DNA of 64,000 nucleotides from Alphaproteobacteria bacterium (GCA_964291285.2 OZ219786.1:1024001-1088000), one strand, 5' to 3'; shown: positions 1-10,347, counted from the stretch's first letter. Notes: generated by a model not told the origin, from the sequence alone. Translations and numbers: made by a program.

Positions 1-499
1 CGATGGCGCCGAGATCGGCTGCGAAGGCGGCGGCGAGCGCCGTTCTGGCGAGACGGGGGGTGACGCCCTTGGAACGGCGCCCGGCGGCAAGCTGCCCGAG
101 CGCCAGCCGGACCGGTGCGTCCGAACGGTCGAACCATCCGGCGAGCAGGCCCGGCGCCGCCTGCCGGGAGCTGGCGGCAAGGGCAGGCAGGGCCTCGGCG
201 AGCGCAGGCGGGCGGGGTGCGGTTCCGCTCTCCGGCCATATGAGCGCCGCCGTCTCGACCGGGTCGCCGACGAAATCGAGCGAGAGCCGCAGCATTTCGC
301 CGTCGGCGCGCTCCGCAGCAAGCGCCAGCAGGGTTGCCGGGCGGACGCGGGCGGTATCGAGGCCGCCGCCGAGCACGGCGAGCACCCAGCCCCGATCCGG
401 GTCCGGCGCCCGCTCCAGATAGTCCGCCATGAGACGGACCCGGACGGCGGGCGCGGGCGCAAACGCCAGCCGGTCCAGCAGTTCGGCGAAAGCCCTCAT
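1..499 (-). CDS. ATP-dependent DNA ligase, ligase-associated DNA damage response cassette (N-terminal part; runs off the window)
   Basis: Manual translation from ATG at 499: MRAFAELLDRLAFAPAPAVRVRLMADYLERAPDPDRGWVLA...SLDFVGDPVETAALIWP, the typical N-terminus of this ligase family. ATGA overlap with the upstream exonuclease stop. Context: Lhr helicase, PdeM and MBL exonuclease. Confidence 0.85.
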   Translation of the reverse strand, partial: MRAFAELLDRLAFAPAPAVRVRLMADYLERAPDPDRGWVLAVLGGGLDTARVRPATLLALAAERADGEMLRLSLDFVGDPVETAALIWPESGTAPRPPALAEALPALAASSRQAAPGLLAGWFDRSDAPVRLALGQLAAGRRSKGVTPRLARTALAAAFAADLGAI

Positions 500-1484
500 C
501 CGCCGCTCCCGGCCGGCGGTTCGAGCGGCCGGGCGTCGAGGCCCGGGCCCCGCGCCCAGCGGATCAGGGCTTCCGGGGCCCCGTGCGTCACCCGGATTTC
601 CGGAGCGCCGGTGTCGGCAATGGTGGCTGTCAGGGCGGTCCAGTCCGCATGGTCGGAGACGGCGAGCGGCAGCTCGACGCCGCGCCGGCGGGCATGGGCG
701 CGAACCTGCATCCAGCCCGAAGCGAACACCCGCACCGGCTCGGCGAAACGGTCCGTCCGCTGCTCCGGGCCCGGCGGTTGCAGCACGATCTCGCCGGCAA
801 GGCCGCCGGCGGCGCCGAGCGGCCGGGTTTCGCCGAGCTCCACGCCGAAGTCCCGGTAGAGCGCAGTCATCTCGTCGAGCGCCGGGTGCAGCCAGACCGG
901 CCGGTCGTAGCCTGCGCGCCGCAGCAGGCTCAGCATGCGCTGGCACTTGCCGAGGCTGTAGACCCCGACGACATGGCAGCGGTCCGGGAAGGTCTCGACC
1001 GAGCGCAGCAGGCGGACGGTCTCCCCCCGTCGTCCGGCAGGCGGAACACGGGCAGGCCGAAGGTCGCCTCGGTGATGAAGACATCGCACGACACGGGCTC
1101 GAAGGCGGCGCAGGTCGGGTCCGGCGTCCGCTTGTAGTCGCCCGAGACGACGACCCGCCGCCCGCGATATTCCAGCACCGCCTGGGCCGAGCCCAGCACA
1201 TGGCCCGCCGGGGCCAGCCGGACGGAGACCTCGCCGGCCTGCACGGTCTCGCCGTAACGGAGCGGCTGTCCGGCCGGGCGGTCCCTTGGATAGCGGAGCG
1301 CCATGATCGCCAGCGTCTCCGGCGTCGCCAGCACCGCGCCGTGGCCGGGGCGCGCATGGTCGGCATGGCCGTGAGTGATGAGCGCGCGTTCCACGGCCCG
1401 TTGCGGGTCGATATGGAAGCCGCCCGGCTCGCACCAGAGGCCCGCCGGCGTCGGCCGCAGCCAGTCTTCGAGCGCATCCGCCAT
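496..1484 (-). pseudogene. Ligase-associated MBL-fold exonuclease, split by a frameshift in a G6 run (real lesion or sequencing error)
   Basis: N-terminal half in ORF 930..1544 (LWCEPGGFHIDP, ITHGHADH, PAGHVLGSAQ, SGDYKR, EATFGLPVF). C-terminal half in ORF 496..1434 (VGVYSLGKCQR, ASGWM, SDHADW, VTHG). The frames switch at the C6 run 1023-1028. Confidence 0.85.
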
Positions 1485-1530
1485 CGCGCTACTATGGCCT
1501 CCCTGGGCCGGAGGAAGAAAGCGCGGCGGC

Positions 1531-3990
1531 ATGGAGGCAGGCATCGGGGTTCCGCAACCCGCCGCGATCCGCGACTGGTTCCGGGCGCGCGGCTGGCGGC
1601 CCTATGCACACCAGTTGGAAATGTGGCGCGCGGCCGAGGCCGGGCGTTCGGCGCTGCTGGTGGCGCCGACGGGCGGCGGCAAGACGCTCGCGGGTTTCCT
1701 GCCGAGCATCGCCGAACTCGCCGGGGCGCCGCGTCCCGGCCTGCATACGCTCTATATCTCGCCGCTGAAGGCGCTTGCCGTCGATATCCACCGCAATCTG
1801 GAAGCCCCGATTGCGGAAATGGGCCTCGATATCGGCGTCGAGACCCGGACCGGCGACACGCCGCAGAGGAAGCGCGAGCGCCAGCGCCGGAAGCCGCCGC
1901 AAATGCTGATGACCACACCCGAATCGCTGGCGCTGATGCTGTCCTGGCCCGACGCGCCGGCGCTGTTCGGTCCGCTGCGTTGCGTCATCGTGGACGAATT
2001 GCATGCGCTCGCGGACAACAAGCGCGGCGACCTGCTGTCGCTCGGCCTGGCGCGGCTCGGCGGCATGGCGCCCGGTGTGCGGCGGACGGCCCTGTCCGCC
2101 ACAGTCGCCGACCGGGACTACCTCGCCGCCTGGCTCTCGCCCAGCGCCGGGCAGGAGCCTGATGTCGAGACCGTGGTCGGCCGCGGCGGCGTCGCGCCGG
2201 AAATCGCCATCGCCCGGATGCAGGGGCCGATGCCCTGGTCGGGCCATATGGCGGTCTATGCGCTGGGCGAGATCCACGATGCGATCCGGGCGCACCGCAC
2301 CACCATCGTGTTCGTCAACACCCGCGCCCAGGCCGAGCTCATCTTCCGCGGGCTCTGGGACCTCAACGAGGACGGGCTTGCCATCGCGCTGCACCACGGC
2401 AGCCTCGCCCCGGAGCAGCGCCGCAAGGTGGAGGCGGCGATGGCGGCGGGCCGGCTGCGGGCGGTCGTCGCCACCTCCTCGCTCGATCTCGGCATCGACT
2501 GGGGCGATGTGGACCTTGTGGTGCAGGTGGGCGCGCCGAAGGGCGCCGCGCGGCTGCTCCAGCGCCTCGGGCGCTCCAACCACCGCCTCGACCGGCCGAG
2601 CAAGGCGCTGCTGGTGCCGGCCAACCGTTTCGAGGTGCTGGAATGCCATGCCGCCATCGACGCGGTCCGGGCGGGCACGCTCGACGGCGATGGGCCGGAG
2701 CCCGGCGGCCTCGACGTGCTGGCCCAGCATATCGCGGGCGTCGCGGCGTCCGGCCCGTTCGAGGAAGAGGCGCTTTTCCAGGAGGTGCGCCGGGCATTCC
2801 CCTATCGCGGCCTCACCCGCAAGACCTTCTCGGAAGCGGTCGATTTCGTGGCGACCGGGGGCTATGCGCTCGGCGCCTATGAGCGCTACCGGCGGCTGAA
2901 GCGCGACGCCGCCGGCCGGCTCCGGGCGGCCAATGCCGATGTCGTCCGGCGCTACCGCATGAATGTCGGCACCATCGTCGAGGCCGTGACCCTGAAGGTC
3001 CGGCTCGGCGGGCGCGTGCTCGGAGAGGTTGAGGAGTATTTCGCCAATACGCTCACGCCGGGCGACACCTTCGTCTTCGCCGGGCGGATGCTGCGCTTCG
3101 AGGGCATCCGGGAGATGACCATCCGCACCTCGGCCGCCACGGGCGAGGCGCCGCGCATTCCCGCCTATGGCGGCGGGCGGCTGCCGCTGACCACGCATCT
3201 CGCCGAGCGGGTGCGCGGCCTGCTCGCCGACCGGCGGCGCTGGCGGGAGTTCCCGCCCGACGTGCTGGAATGGCTCCGCGCGCAGGACCGGCGCTCCGTG
3301 CTGCCGCGCCCGGGCGGGCTGCTGGTGGAGACCTTCCCGCGCGGCGGCAAATGGTATCTCGTCGCCTACTGCTTCGAGGGGCGCAACGCCCACCAGACGC
3401 TCGGCATGCTGCTGACCCGGCGCATGGAGCGCGCGGGGCTCGGCCCGCTCGGCTTCTGCGCGTCGGACTATGTGCTCGCCGTCTGGAGCCTGCGCGAGGC
3501 TGAGGAGGTGGACGAGCTGTTCTCCGAAGACATGCTGGGCGACGACCTCGAGGACTGGATGGCGGACTCCACCCTGCTCAGGCGCACCTTCCGCAATGTG
3601 GCGGTCGTGGCGGGGCTGATCGAACGGCGCCATCCGGGCCGGGAGAAGACCCGCCGCCAGGTCACCTTCAATGCCGACCTCATCTATGACGTGCTGCGCC
3701 GGCACGAGCCGAACCACCTGCTGCTGCGCGCGACCCGCCGCGATGCAGCGCGGGGCCTGACCGACATCCGCCGCCTCGGCGGGATGCTGGCGCGGGCCAA
3801 GGGCAGAATCGAGCTGCGCCGGCTCGACCGCGTGTCCCCGCTCGCCGTGCCGGTCCTGCTCGAGATCGGCAAGGAGTTCGTCTATGGCGGCGCCATCGAG
3901 GAGCTGCTGGTGGAGACGGCAGCCGAAAGCGAAAGCGAACTGGTGGCCGAAGCCATGAGCGGCGCGGACATGGCGGAACTGCCGCTTTGA
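1531..3990 (+). CDS. lhr: Ligase-associated DEXH-box (Lhr-like) helicase
   Basis: APTGGGKT Walker A, DELH, LSAT, HHGSL, ATSSLDLGIDWG, QRLGRSNH motifs; start placed at ATG 1531. Confidence 0.93.
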   Translation: MEAGIGVPQPAAIRDWFRARGWRPYAHQLEMWRAAEAGRSALLVAPTGGGKTLAGFLPSIAELAGAPRPGLHTLYISPLKALAVDIHRNLEAPIAEMGLDIGVETRTGDTPQRKRERQRRKPPQMLMTTPESLALMLSWPDAPALFGPLRCVIVDELHALADNKRGDLLSLGLARLGGMAPGVRRTALSATVADRDYLAAWLSPSAGQEPDVETVVGRGGVAPEIAIARMQGPMPWSGHMAVYALGEIHDAIRAHRTTIVFVNTRAQAELIFRGLWDLNEDGLAIALHHGSLAPEQRRKVEAAMAAGRLRAVVATSSLDLGIDWGDVDLVVQVGAPKGAARLLQRLGRSNHRLDRPSKALLVPANRFEVLECHAAIDAVRAGTLDGDGPEPGGLDVLAQHIAGVAASGPFEEEALFQEVRRAFPYRGLTRKTFSEAVDFVATGGYALGAYERYRRLKRDAAGRLRAANADVVRRYRMNVGTIVEAVTLKVRLGGRVLGEVEEYFANTLTPGDTFVFAGRMLRFEGIREMTIRTSAATGEAPRIPAYGGGRLPLTTHLAERVRGLLADRRRWREFPPDVLEWLRAQDRRSVLPRPGGLLVETFPRGGKWYLVAYCFEGRNAHQTLGMLLTRRMERAGLGPLGFCASDYVLAVWSLREAEEVDELFSEDMLGDDLEDWMADSTLLRRTFRNVAVVAGLIERRHPGREKTRRQVTFNADLIYDVLRRHEPNHLLLRATRRDAARGLTDIRRLGGMLARAKGRIELRRLDRVSPLAVPVLLEIGKEFVYGGAIEELLVETAAESESELVAEAMSGADMAELPL

Positions 3991-4697
3991 AGGCAGCGTC
4001 CTTCCGGTTGAACGGGGCATCGCTCGCCGCCGACCCTTCGGGCGCGCTCTGGTGGCCGGAGATGCGCACGCTGGTCGTGGCGGACCTGCATTTCGAAAAG
4101 GGCTCGGCCTTCGCGGCGGAAGGGGGCGCGCTGCTGCCGCCCTATGACAGCCATGCAACCCTGGAGAGGCTGGAAGCGCTCGCCCGGCGCTACGATCCGG
4201 CGCGCTGGGTGTCGCTCGGCGACGGCTTCCACGACCGGCATGCGGACCTCCGCCTCGACCCGGATGCGGCGGGCCGCCTCGACCGGATTGCGCGACGCTG
4301 CGAGTGGCTCTGGCTTCGCGGCAACCACGATCCCGAGGCGCCCCGGGGTTTCGGCGGGCGGGCGCTTGGCGAATGGCGGGCCGGGCCGCTCGTCTTCCGC
4401 CATGAGCCGCATCCGCATCCGGCGCCGGGAGAGGTCGCGGGCCATCTGCATCCGCGCGCGACGGTTTCGACCGGCCGGCGGCAGGTTTCCGGCCGGGTAT
4501 TCGTCACCGACGGCCGGCGCCTGCTGCTCCCGGCCTTCGGCGCCTATGCGGGCGGGCTCGATGTCCACGACCCGGCGGTCCGGATGCTGTTCGCCCGCCC
4601 GCCGCGCGTCCTGATGCCGGGCCGCGAGCGGGTCCATGCCTTCCCCTGGAGCCGCCTCGCCGTGCCGGACCGGCTGAGGAACGCAGGCGGCGGGTAG
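3987..4697 (+). CDS. pdeM: Ligase-associated metallophosphoesterase/endonuclease PdeM
   Basis: ADLHFEKG, LGDGFHD, GNHD, FRHEP, GHLHP, PAFGAYAGG motifs; overlaps the helicase stop. Confidence 0.9.
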   Translation: MKAASFRLNGASLAADPSGALWWPEMRTLVVADLHFEKGSAFAAEGGALLPPYDSHATLERLEALARRYDPARWVSLGDGFHDRHADLRLDPDAAGRLDRIARRCEWLWLRGNHDPEAPRGFGGRALGEWRAGPLVFRHEPHPHPAPGEVAGHLHPRATVSTGRRQVSGRVFVTDGRRLLLPAFGAYAGGLDVHDPAVRMLFARPPRVLMPGRERVHAFPWSRLAVPDRLRNAGGG

Positions 4698-4765
4698 GCG
4701 GACGGGCCTATGCCGCGGCCGTCGGGTCGGGTAACGTCGTGTCCACCGACCGGCGCCCACCCGCC

Positions 4766-6037
4766 ATGCGCACGCTGCTCTTTCTCGAACCCGGCCATTT
4801 CCACGCCGCCCTCACCCTGCGCGCGGCGAATCCCCGGATCGACCCTACCGTCCATCTCTATGCCCGCCCCGGCCCCGAGCGCGACGCCTTCACGGCCCTG
4901 GTCCACTCTTTCAACGCCCGGGACGACCGGCCGACGGGCTGGGATATCCGGATGCACGAGTCGGCCGACCCGGAACGGGCGCTGGTCGAGCAGCGGCGCG
5001 GAGACGTCGTCGTCCTTGCCGGGCGCAACCGGCCCAAGCTCGGCACCATCGCGCGCCTGCACGCGGCGGGGCTGCACGTGCTCGCCGACAAGCCCTGGCT
5101 TACCGACAGCGCGGCCCTCCCGGACCTGGAGCGGGCGACGGCGGGCCGGCCGCTCGCGATGGACATCATGACCTTCCGCCACGAGGCGACGGCGCGGCTC
5201 ACGCAGAAGCTCGCGGCCGACCCGGACCTGTTCGGCGTCCTCGACGGGCAGGCGGACGAGCCGGCGATCGACATCCGGTCCGTCCACCATCTGCTCAAGA
5301 CGGTGAACGGCGAGGCGCTGCGGCGGCCGGCCTGGTATTACGACACCCGCATCCAGGGCGACGGCCTCGTGGACATCCAGTCGCACATGGCGGACCAGGC
5401 GCAATGGCTCCTCGGCGACGGGCCGGGCTTCCTGTTCGAGCGCGACTACGAGCTTGAGGACGCGCGCTTGTGGAGCACCCCGGTGCCGTGCGCGCTCTTC
5501 CGCGCCAGCACCGGACTCGACGGGTTCCCAGAGGCTCTGGAGCCGCATGTGGACGCCGGGGTGCTGCATCTCGCCTGCAACGGCGAGATCCGCTACCGGC
5601 TCAGGGGTGTGCCGGTCCGCCAGCGGGCGGAGTGGGGGCAGCACGAGCCGGACGGAGGCGGCGATGCGCACCGGACGACGGTCCGGGGCGAGCGGGCGGC
5701 GGTCATCGCGCGCCGCGGGCCCGAGACGGGCTTCCGGAGCGAAGTGCATATCGCGCCGCGCGAGCCAGGACCCCGCTTCGAGGCCCGCCTCTCGGAGACG
5801 CTCGCCGCCTGGGAAGCGGAGATGCCCGGCCTTTCGCACCGCCCGTCCGCGATCGGGCGCGAGATCGTCGTCCCGGCCGCGCTCCGCACGCCGCACGAAG
5901 CGCATTTCGCGATGGCGCTCGACAGCTTCCTCGACCTGCTCGACGCGGGCGAGTGGCCGGCCGCGCTCGCCGCACGCATCCGCGCGCGTTACACGCTCCT
6001 CGCGCGGGCGCGCGAACGCTGTGCGCAAGACCGCTGA
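4766..6037 (+). CDS. Putative Gfo/Idh/MocA-like oxidoreductase
   Basis: LEPGHFHAAL N-terminus, HVLADKPW, DIMTFRHE, QGDGLVDIQSH motifs. Confidence 0.7.
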   Translation: MRTLLFLEPGHFHAALTLRAANPRIDPTVHLYARPGPERDAFTALVHSFNARDDRPTGWDIRMHESADPERALVEQRRGDVVVLAGRNRPKLGTIARLHAAGLHVLADKPWLTDSAALPDLERATAGRPLAMDIMTFRHEATARLTQKLAADPDLFGVLDGQADEPAIDIRSVHHLLKTVNGEALRRPAWYYDTRIQGDGLVDIQSHMADQAQWLLGDGPGFLFERDYELEDARLWSTPVPCALFRASTGLDGFPEALEPHVDAGVLHLACNGEIRYRLRGVPVRQRAEWGQHEPDGGGDAHRTTVRGERAAVIARRGPETGFRSEVHIAPREPGPRFEARLSETLAAWEAEMPGLSHRPSAIGREIVVPAALRTPHEAHFAMALDSFLDLLDAGEWPAALAARIRARYTLLARARERCAQDR

Positions 6038-6049
6038 CGAGGCGCCGGC

Positions 6050-6484
6050 CTATGCCGCGGCCGCCGGGTCCCGGATTTCGATACGGCCGGCATAGCGGCG
6101 GAAGTCGCGGATATTGAAGGTGAGCAGCCGCCGCTCGCCATGCGCCAGCATGGTGGCGACGATATTGGCGTCGTGGACCTGCTTGCCGCTGACCGGTATC
6201 TCGCGGCAGAGTTCTGCCAGCGCGCCCATCACATGCGGTCCGTCTCCCAGCACCTCATACGTCTTCTCCATCCATGAAAGGTCCGCGAGCGCCATTGCCG
6301 TCGGCAAGGGAGCGGACCATGCCTGCGGTCGGGTCGCGGCCGCCAGATATTCGCGCATGATCTGGCGACTGATGCGCAGAACCTCGCCGGACCGCTCGGC
6401 CCGGTTCAGCGCCGCCCTTGCCAGGGCGTGGGCCGGGGCCGCGTCGAACCGGGCGGGGATGAAGAGATTGGTATCGAGGAACAC
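6050..6484 (-). CDS. vapC: PIN-domain (VapC-like) toxin
   Basis: FLDTN, QIMREY, HDANIVATML, LLTFNIRDF PIN motifs. Confidence 0.88.
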   Translation of the reverse strand: MFLDTNLFIPARFDAAPAHALARAALNRAERSGEVLRISRQIMREYLAAATRPQAWSAPLPTAMALADLSWMEKTYEVLGDGPHVMGALAELCREIPVSGKQVHDANIVATMLAHGERRLLTFNIRDFRRYAGRIEIRDPAAAA

Positions 6485-7012
6485 GCGGGTCAGCAGTCGG
6501 ATCCGGAACCGTCCTCCGGCCCGCCGGTCAACCGGCCCATGTCGTCATAGATCTGTTCGCGGCTTACCGTGAAGCCTTCCGGCCAGGGACCGCCGTTCCA
6601 AGGCGGGAAATCGCGGTCCAGGTTGAAATCGCGCTTGGCCCGCCGCGGCGGCAGGCCCATTGTTGCCGGAGCCTCCCGAAGGCTGTCCGTCACGCTCATA
6701 CCGTCTCCTCCCTCCTCTGCGTAGCGAAGCGGCGCGGTCTCCGCCGGCGGTTCCGCCTCTCTCTCGAACACCAGCGTCTCCGCCTCCAGATCGACCCGCG
6801 CCGTCCTCCAGCCCGCCGCCTGCCAGGCGAGCGCGTGGGAGTGGCCGCTTCCCTTGCGGGAGTTGGCCCACCAGGGCCGGTGCAGGCGCGCCGAATCGGG
6901 CAGGCGGAAGCCCAGAACGCGCTCGACCTCGCCGAAACCGGCGATCGTGCCCCCGCGGGTGGTGTAAGAGCCTGGCGTCCGTAGCGGTGTCCGGCGGGTA
7001 GGGCCGGAACGC

Positions 7013-8254
7013 TCAGGCTGCCACGGCGGGCAACTTGACGGTTGTATTGTCGCTCACGGGAGCGATGGATTCCAGCGTCATGTATCTGGCTCTCTGGACT
7101 GCCCATTCATCGTTCTGCTCGAGCAGGATTGCGCCGATCAGCCGGGTGATGGCGTCCTCGTTGGGGAAGATGCCGACGGTGTTTGTGCGCCGCTTGATCT
7201 CGCCGTGGAGGCGTTCGAGCGGGTTTGTCGAGTGCAGCTTGGCGCGGTGCGCGGCCGGGAAGGTCATGTAGGCGAGAACATCGTGCTCGGCCTCGTCCAT
7301 GATGGCGGCGAGCTTTGGCGCCTTGGGCCTGAGCTGGTCGGCGACCTGGCGCCACTGGGCGGAGGCGCTGTCTGCATCCTCCTGGGCGAAGGCGGTAGTG
7401 ACGAAGGCGGAGACGACGCGCCGGCCCTGCTTGCCGGCATGGGCGAGCAGGTTGCGCATGAAGTGGACGCGGCATCTCTGCCAGGTGGCGCCGAAGATGC
7501 GGGTGGCGGCGGCCTTCAGGCCCTTGTGGTCGTCGGAGATCACCAGCTTGACGCCGCGCAGGCCGCGGCGGGCGAGCGAGCGCAGGAAGTCGGTCCAGAA
7601 GGTCTCGGCCTCGGACGCGCCGATCGCCATGCCGAGCACCTCGCGCCGGCCCTGATCGTTGACCGCCACCGCGATGGTGACCGCGACCGAGACGACGCGC
7701 CCGGCCTCGCGCATCTTCACATAGGTCGCGTCAAGCCAGAGATACGGCCAGTCGCCCTCCAGCGGCCGGTCGAGGAAGTCGCGGATCTTGTCGTCGATCT
7801 CGCCGCACAGCCGCGACACCTGGCTCTTGGAGATGCCCGACATGCCCATCGCCTGCACCAGGTCGTCCACCGAGCGGGTCGATACGCCCTTGATGTAGGC
7901 CTCCTGGATCACCGCCGTCAGCGCCTTCTCCGCCATCCGCCGCGGTTCAAGGAAGCCCGGGAAGTAGCTCCCCTTGCGCAGCTTCGGGATCTTCAGTTCG
8001 ACCGTGCCGGCCCGCGTCTCCCAGACCCGGTCCCGGTAGCCGTTGCGCTGCGTGATCCGGTCCGGCGAGCGCTCGCCGTGCGCGGCGCCCGCAAGGCCCT
8101 CAACCTCAAGCGCCATCAGACGCGCGGCCGTGAACCCGATCATCTCGCGAAGCAGGTCGGCGTCGGAACTCTTCTCCAACAGCGCCCGCAGGGTCATCAT
8201 GTCGGTGGTGGTCATCGTGGTACTCCTCCGGTCAGGTGGACTGTGACAGCCCAA
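7013..8254 (-). CDS. IS256-family transposase
   Basis: [51 protein letters not shown] motifs; true start probably a few codons downstream (MTTTDMM). Confidence 0.95.
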   Translation of the reverse strand: MGCHSPPDRRSTTMTTTDMMTLRALLEKSSDADLLREMIGFTAARLMALEVEGLAGAAHGERSPDRITQRNGYRDRVWETRAGTVELKIPKLRKGSYFPGFLEPRRMAEKALTAVIQEAYIKGVSTRSVDDLVQAMGMSGISKSQVSRLCGEIDDKIRDFLDRPLEGDWPYLWLDATYVKMREAGRVVSVAVTIAVAVNDQGRREVLGMAIGASEAETFWTDFLRSLARRGLRGVKLVISDDHKGLKAAATRIFGATWQRCRVHFMRNLLAHAGKQGRRVVSAFVTTAFAQEDADSASAQWRQVADQLRPKAPKLAAIMDEAEHDVLAYMTFPAAHRAKLHSTNPLERLHGEIKRRTNTVGIFPNEDAITRLIGAILLEQNDEWAVQRARYMTLESIAPVSDNTTVKLPAVAA

Positions 8255-8280
8255 CCCTAACCGGCACCGCGATGGCCTCC

Positions 8281-8348
8281 GCTGTGGGTAAGTGGCCCGC
8301 CGCCGCCTGACTCCAGACGGTCGCGGCGGCGGCCCACTTACCCACAGC
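8281..8348. repeat. 26-bp inverted repeat (one mismatch, 16-nt loop) in the IS256 leader; also present in copy 2 (~17157-17224)
   Basis: GCTGTGGGTAAGTGGCCCGCCGCCGC ... GCGGCGGCGGCCCACTTACCCACAGC. Confidence 0.85.
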
Positions 8349-8545
8349 TACCACCGGAAGCTTCAGCTCCTACACCACCCCTGGGGACACGACCAAACCG
8401 GCCCGCCACTCGGTCTCCGGCCGGAGCGACAGCAGATGCCTGTAGAGCGGCGCGTATTTGCCGCGCGCCGCCGCTTCCCTCACCAGCTTTTCCCGGTCCG
8501 TCGCCATCCGCTCATCGGGCCCGTAAAGTTCTTACTTACCTGAGT

Positions 8546-8572
8546 ATTGTATGTCCTGCCCCGGCATGTCAA
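8546..8572 (-). promoter_or_regulatory. Possible sigma70 promoter of the interrupted antitoxin-PIN operon
   Basis: Minus strand TTGACA-N15-TACAAT, ~40 nt upstream of ATG 8507; the spacer is short. Confidence 0.45.
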
Positions 8573-8643
8573 CAGGTTTCTCATGCCGTGAAGCCTTCCC
8601 ATTTCCGCATCCGCATAGAACAATGGCGCCCGGGAGGCTTGCG

Positions 8644-10347
8644 ATGCAGTACGACTACATCATCGTCGGCGGCGGGTCCGCCGGCTCGGTCATGGCGAAC
8701 CGGCTTTCGGCCCGGAGCGCCAACAGGGTCCTGTTGCTGGAGGCGGGCATCGACACGCCGCACGGCGCGATTCCGCCCGATGTGCATTCGAGCTATCCCG
8801 GCACGGCCTATTTCAACCCGAACTACACCTGGAACAAGCTCCGGGTGCGGCTCCAGCCGGTCAACAAGAACCTGCCCGAAAGCGAGAAGCCGGAGCTGCG
8901 CAATTACGAGCAGGCGCGGATCATGGGCGGCGGGTCATCGATCAACGGGCAGATGGCCAACCGGGGCGCGCCCAACGACTATGACGACTGGGGGCGCCAG
9001 GGCGCGAAGGGCTGGAGCTGGGAAGCCTGCCTGCCCTTTTTCCGCAAGCTCGAACGCGACGTGGACTATGACGGCGCGCTCCACGGACAGGAGGGGCGCA
9101 TCCCCATAAGGCGCGTCTTCCAGCAGGAATGGACGCCTTACGCCAGGGCGGTGGCGGAGGCGATGACCGAGCTCGGCTACCCCTATCTCACCGACCAGAA
9201 CGGCGCCTTCGAGGACGGGCATTTCCCGGTCACGGTGTCGAACCTCTACGACCGCCGGGTCTCGACGGCCATCGGCTATCTCGATCCGCCGACGCGGCTG
9301 CGCGAAAACCTGGAAATCCGCTCCGAGACCCAGGTGAGCGAGATCCTGTTCGACGGCCTGCGCGCCGTGGGCGTAAAGGCCGAGCGGAACGGCAGGTCGG
9401 AGACCTTCATGGCCGGCGAGGTGGTGCTGTGCTGCGGGGCGGTGCATTCGCCCGCGCACCTGCTCCGCTCCGGCATCGGCCCGGCCGGCCATCTGGCGGA
9501 CATGGGCATCGAGGTCCGCCACCACCTGCCCGGCGTCGGGCAGAACCTGATGGACCATCCCTCGGTCGCCTGCTCCACCTGGCTCCCGGACGAGGCGCGG
9601 ATGACGCGCAAGGACGCCCGCCACATCCATGTCGGCGCGCGCTATTCCTCGGGCCTGCACGGTGCGCCGCAGGGGGACATGTTCATCGTCCAGGTGTCGA
9701 AGTCCGGCTGGCACGCGGTCGGCGAGCGGCTCGGCTCGCTGCTGGTCTTCGTCAACAAGTCCTATTCCCAGGGCGAGGTCCGCCTCGCGTCGAAGGACTG
9801 GCGGGAGGAGCCCGAGGTCGAGTTCAACCTGCTCTCGGACGAGCGCGACCTGGACCGCCTGAAGGACGCCTTCCTGCGCGCTTCCACCATCAACCTGCAT
9901 CCCGCCGTGGCGCGCGTCGCCGGCTACACCTTCCCCTCCTCCTACAGCGAGAAGGTGCGCGCCATCGGGCGCGTGACCAAGCGCAACGAGATGATCTCGA
10001 AGGCGGTCGGCGGCGTGCTGGACATGGCCGGCGGCATGCGCGGCATGCTGATCGACCGCCTGATAACCGGCGGCTTGCGGCTGCGTGACATGATGGAAGA
10101 CGACGGGGCGCTGGAGGGTTTCGTGCGCGCCACGGCCGTCGGGGTCTGGCACGCCTCGTGCACCAACCGCATGGGAAGCGACGACGACCCGATGGCGGTG
10201 ACGGACGAGCAGGGCCGGGTGCGCGGGCTCGCCGGGCTCAGGGTGGTGGACGCCTCGATCATGCCGTCCGTGCCCTGCGCCAACACCAACATCCCGACCA
10301 TCATGATGGCCGAGCGCATCTCCGATACCGTGCTTTCGGACGGCTGA
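8644..10347 (+). CDS. GMC-family (choline dehydrogenase-like) FAD oxidoreductase
   Basis: YDYIIVGGGSAG, GGGSSING, LLRSGIG, GVGQNLMDH, WHASCTNRMG, LRVVDASIMP, NTNIPTIMMAE. Confidence 0.93.
   Translation: MQYDYIIVGGGSAGSVMANRLSARSANRVLLLEAGIDTPHGAIPPDVHSSYPGTAYFNPNYTWNKLRVRLQPVNKNLPESEKPELRNYEQARIMGGGSSINGQMANRGAPNDYDDWGRQGAKGWSWEACLPFFRKLERDVDYDGALHGQEGRIPIRRVFQQEWTPYARAVAEAMTELGYPYLTDQNGAFEDGHFPVTVSNLYDRRVSTAIGYLDPPTRLRENLEIRSETQVSEILFDGLRAVGVKAERNGRSETFMAGEVVLCCGAVHSPAHLLRSGIGPAGHLADMGIEVRHHLPGVGQNLMDHPSVACSTWLPDEARMTRKDARHIHVGARYSSGLHGAPQGDMFIVQVSKSGWHAVGERLGSLLVFVNKSYSQGEVRLASKDWREEPEVEFNLLSDERDLDRLKDAFLRASTINLHPAVARVAGYTFPSSYSEKVRAIGRVTKRNEMISKAVGGVLDMAGGMRGMLIDRLITGGLRLRDMMEDDGALEGFVRATAVGVWHASCTNRMGSDDDPMAVTDEQGRVRGLAGLRVVDASIMPSVPCANTNIPTIMMAERISDTVLSDG

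Larger units (their letters stand above)
6943..8394 (-). mobile_element. IS256-family insertion sequence, copy 1 (1452 bp)
   Basis: Imperfect terminal IRs (GATCGTGCCCCCGCGGGTGGTGTAAGAG / GGTCGTGTCCCCAGGGGTGGTGTAGGAG); 8-bp TSD AAACCGGC at 6935-6942 and 8395-8402. Confidence 0.95.
6490..8507 (-). pseudogene. Putative antitoxin / DUF7662-like protein upstream of the PIN toxin, interrupted by IS256
   Basis: Removing the IS and one TSD copy joins MATDREKLVREAAARGKYAPLYRHLLSLRPETEWRAGF (from ATG 8507) to GEVERVLGFRLPDSARLHRPWWANS...AWQAAGWRTARVDLEAETLVFER...FTVSREQIYDD (stop at 6490) in one frame. Confidence 0.75.

Noticed and set aside
1492-4158. 888-aa minus-strand ORF and the many other long Arg/Pro/Ala-rich overlapping ORFs
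   Set aside because: Shadow or alternate frames of well-supported genes in GC-rich DNA.
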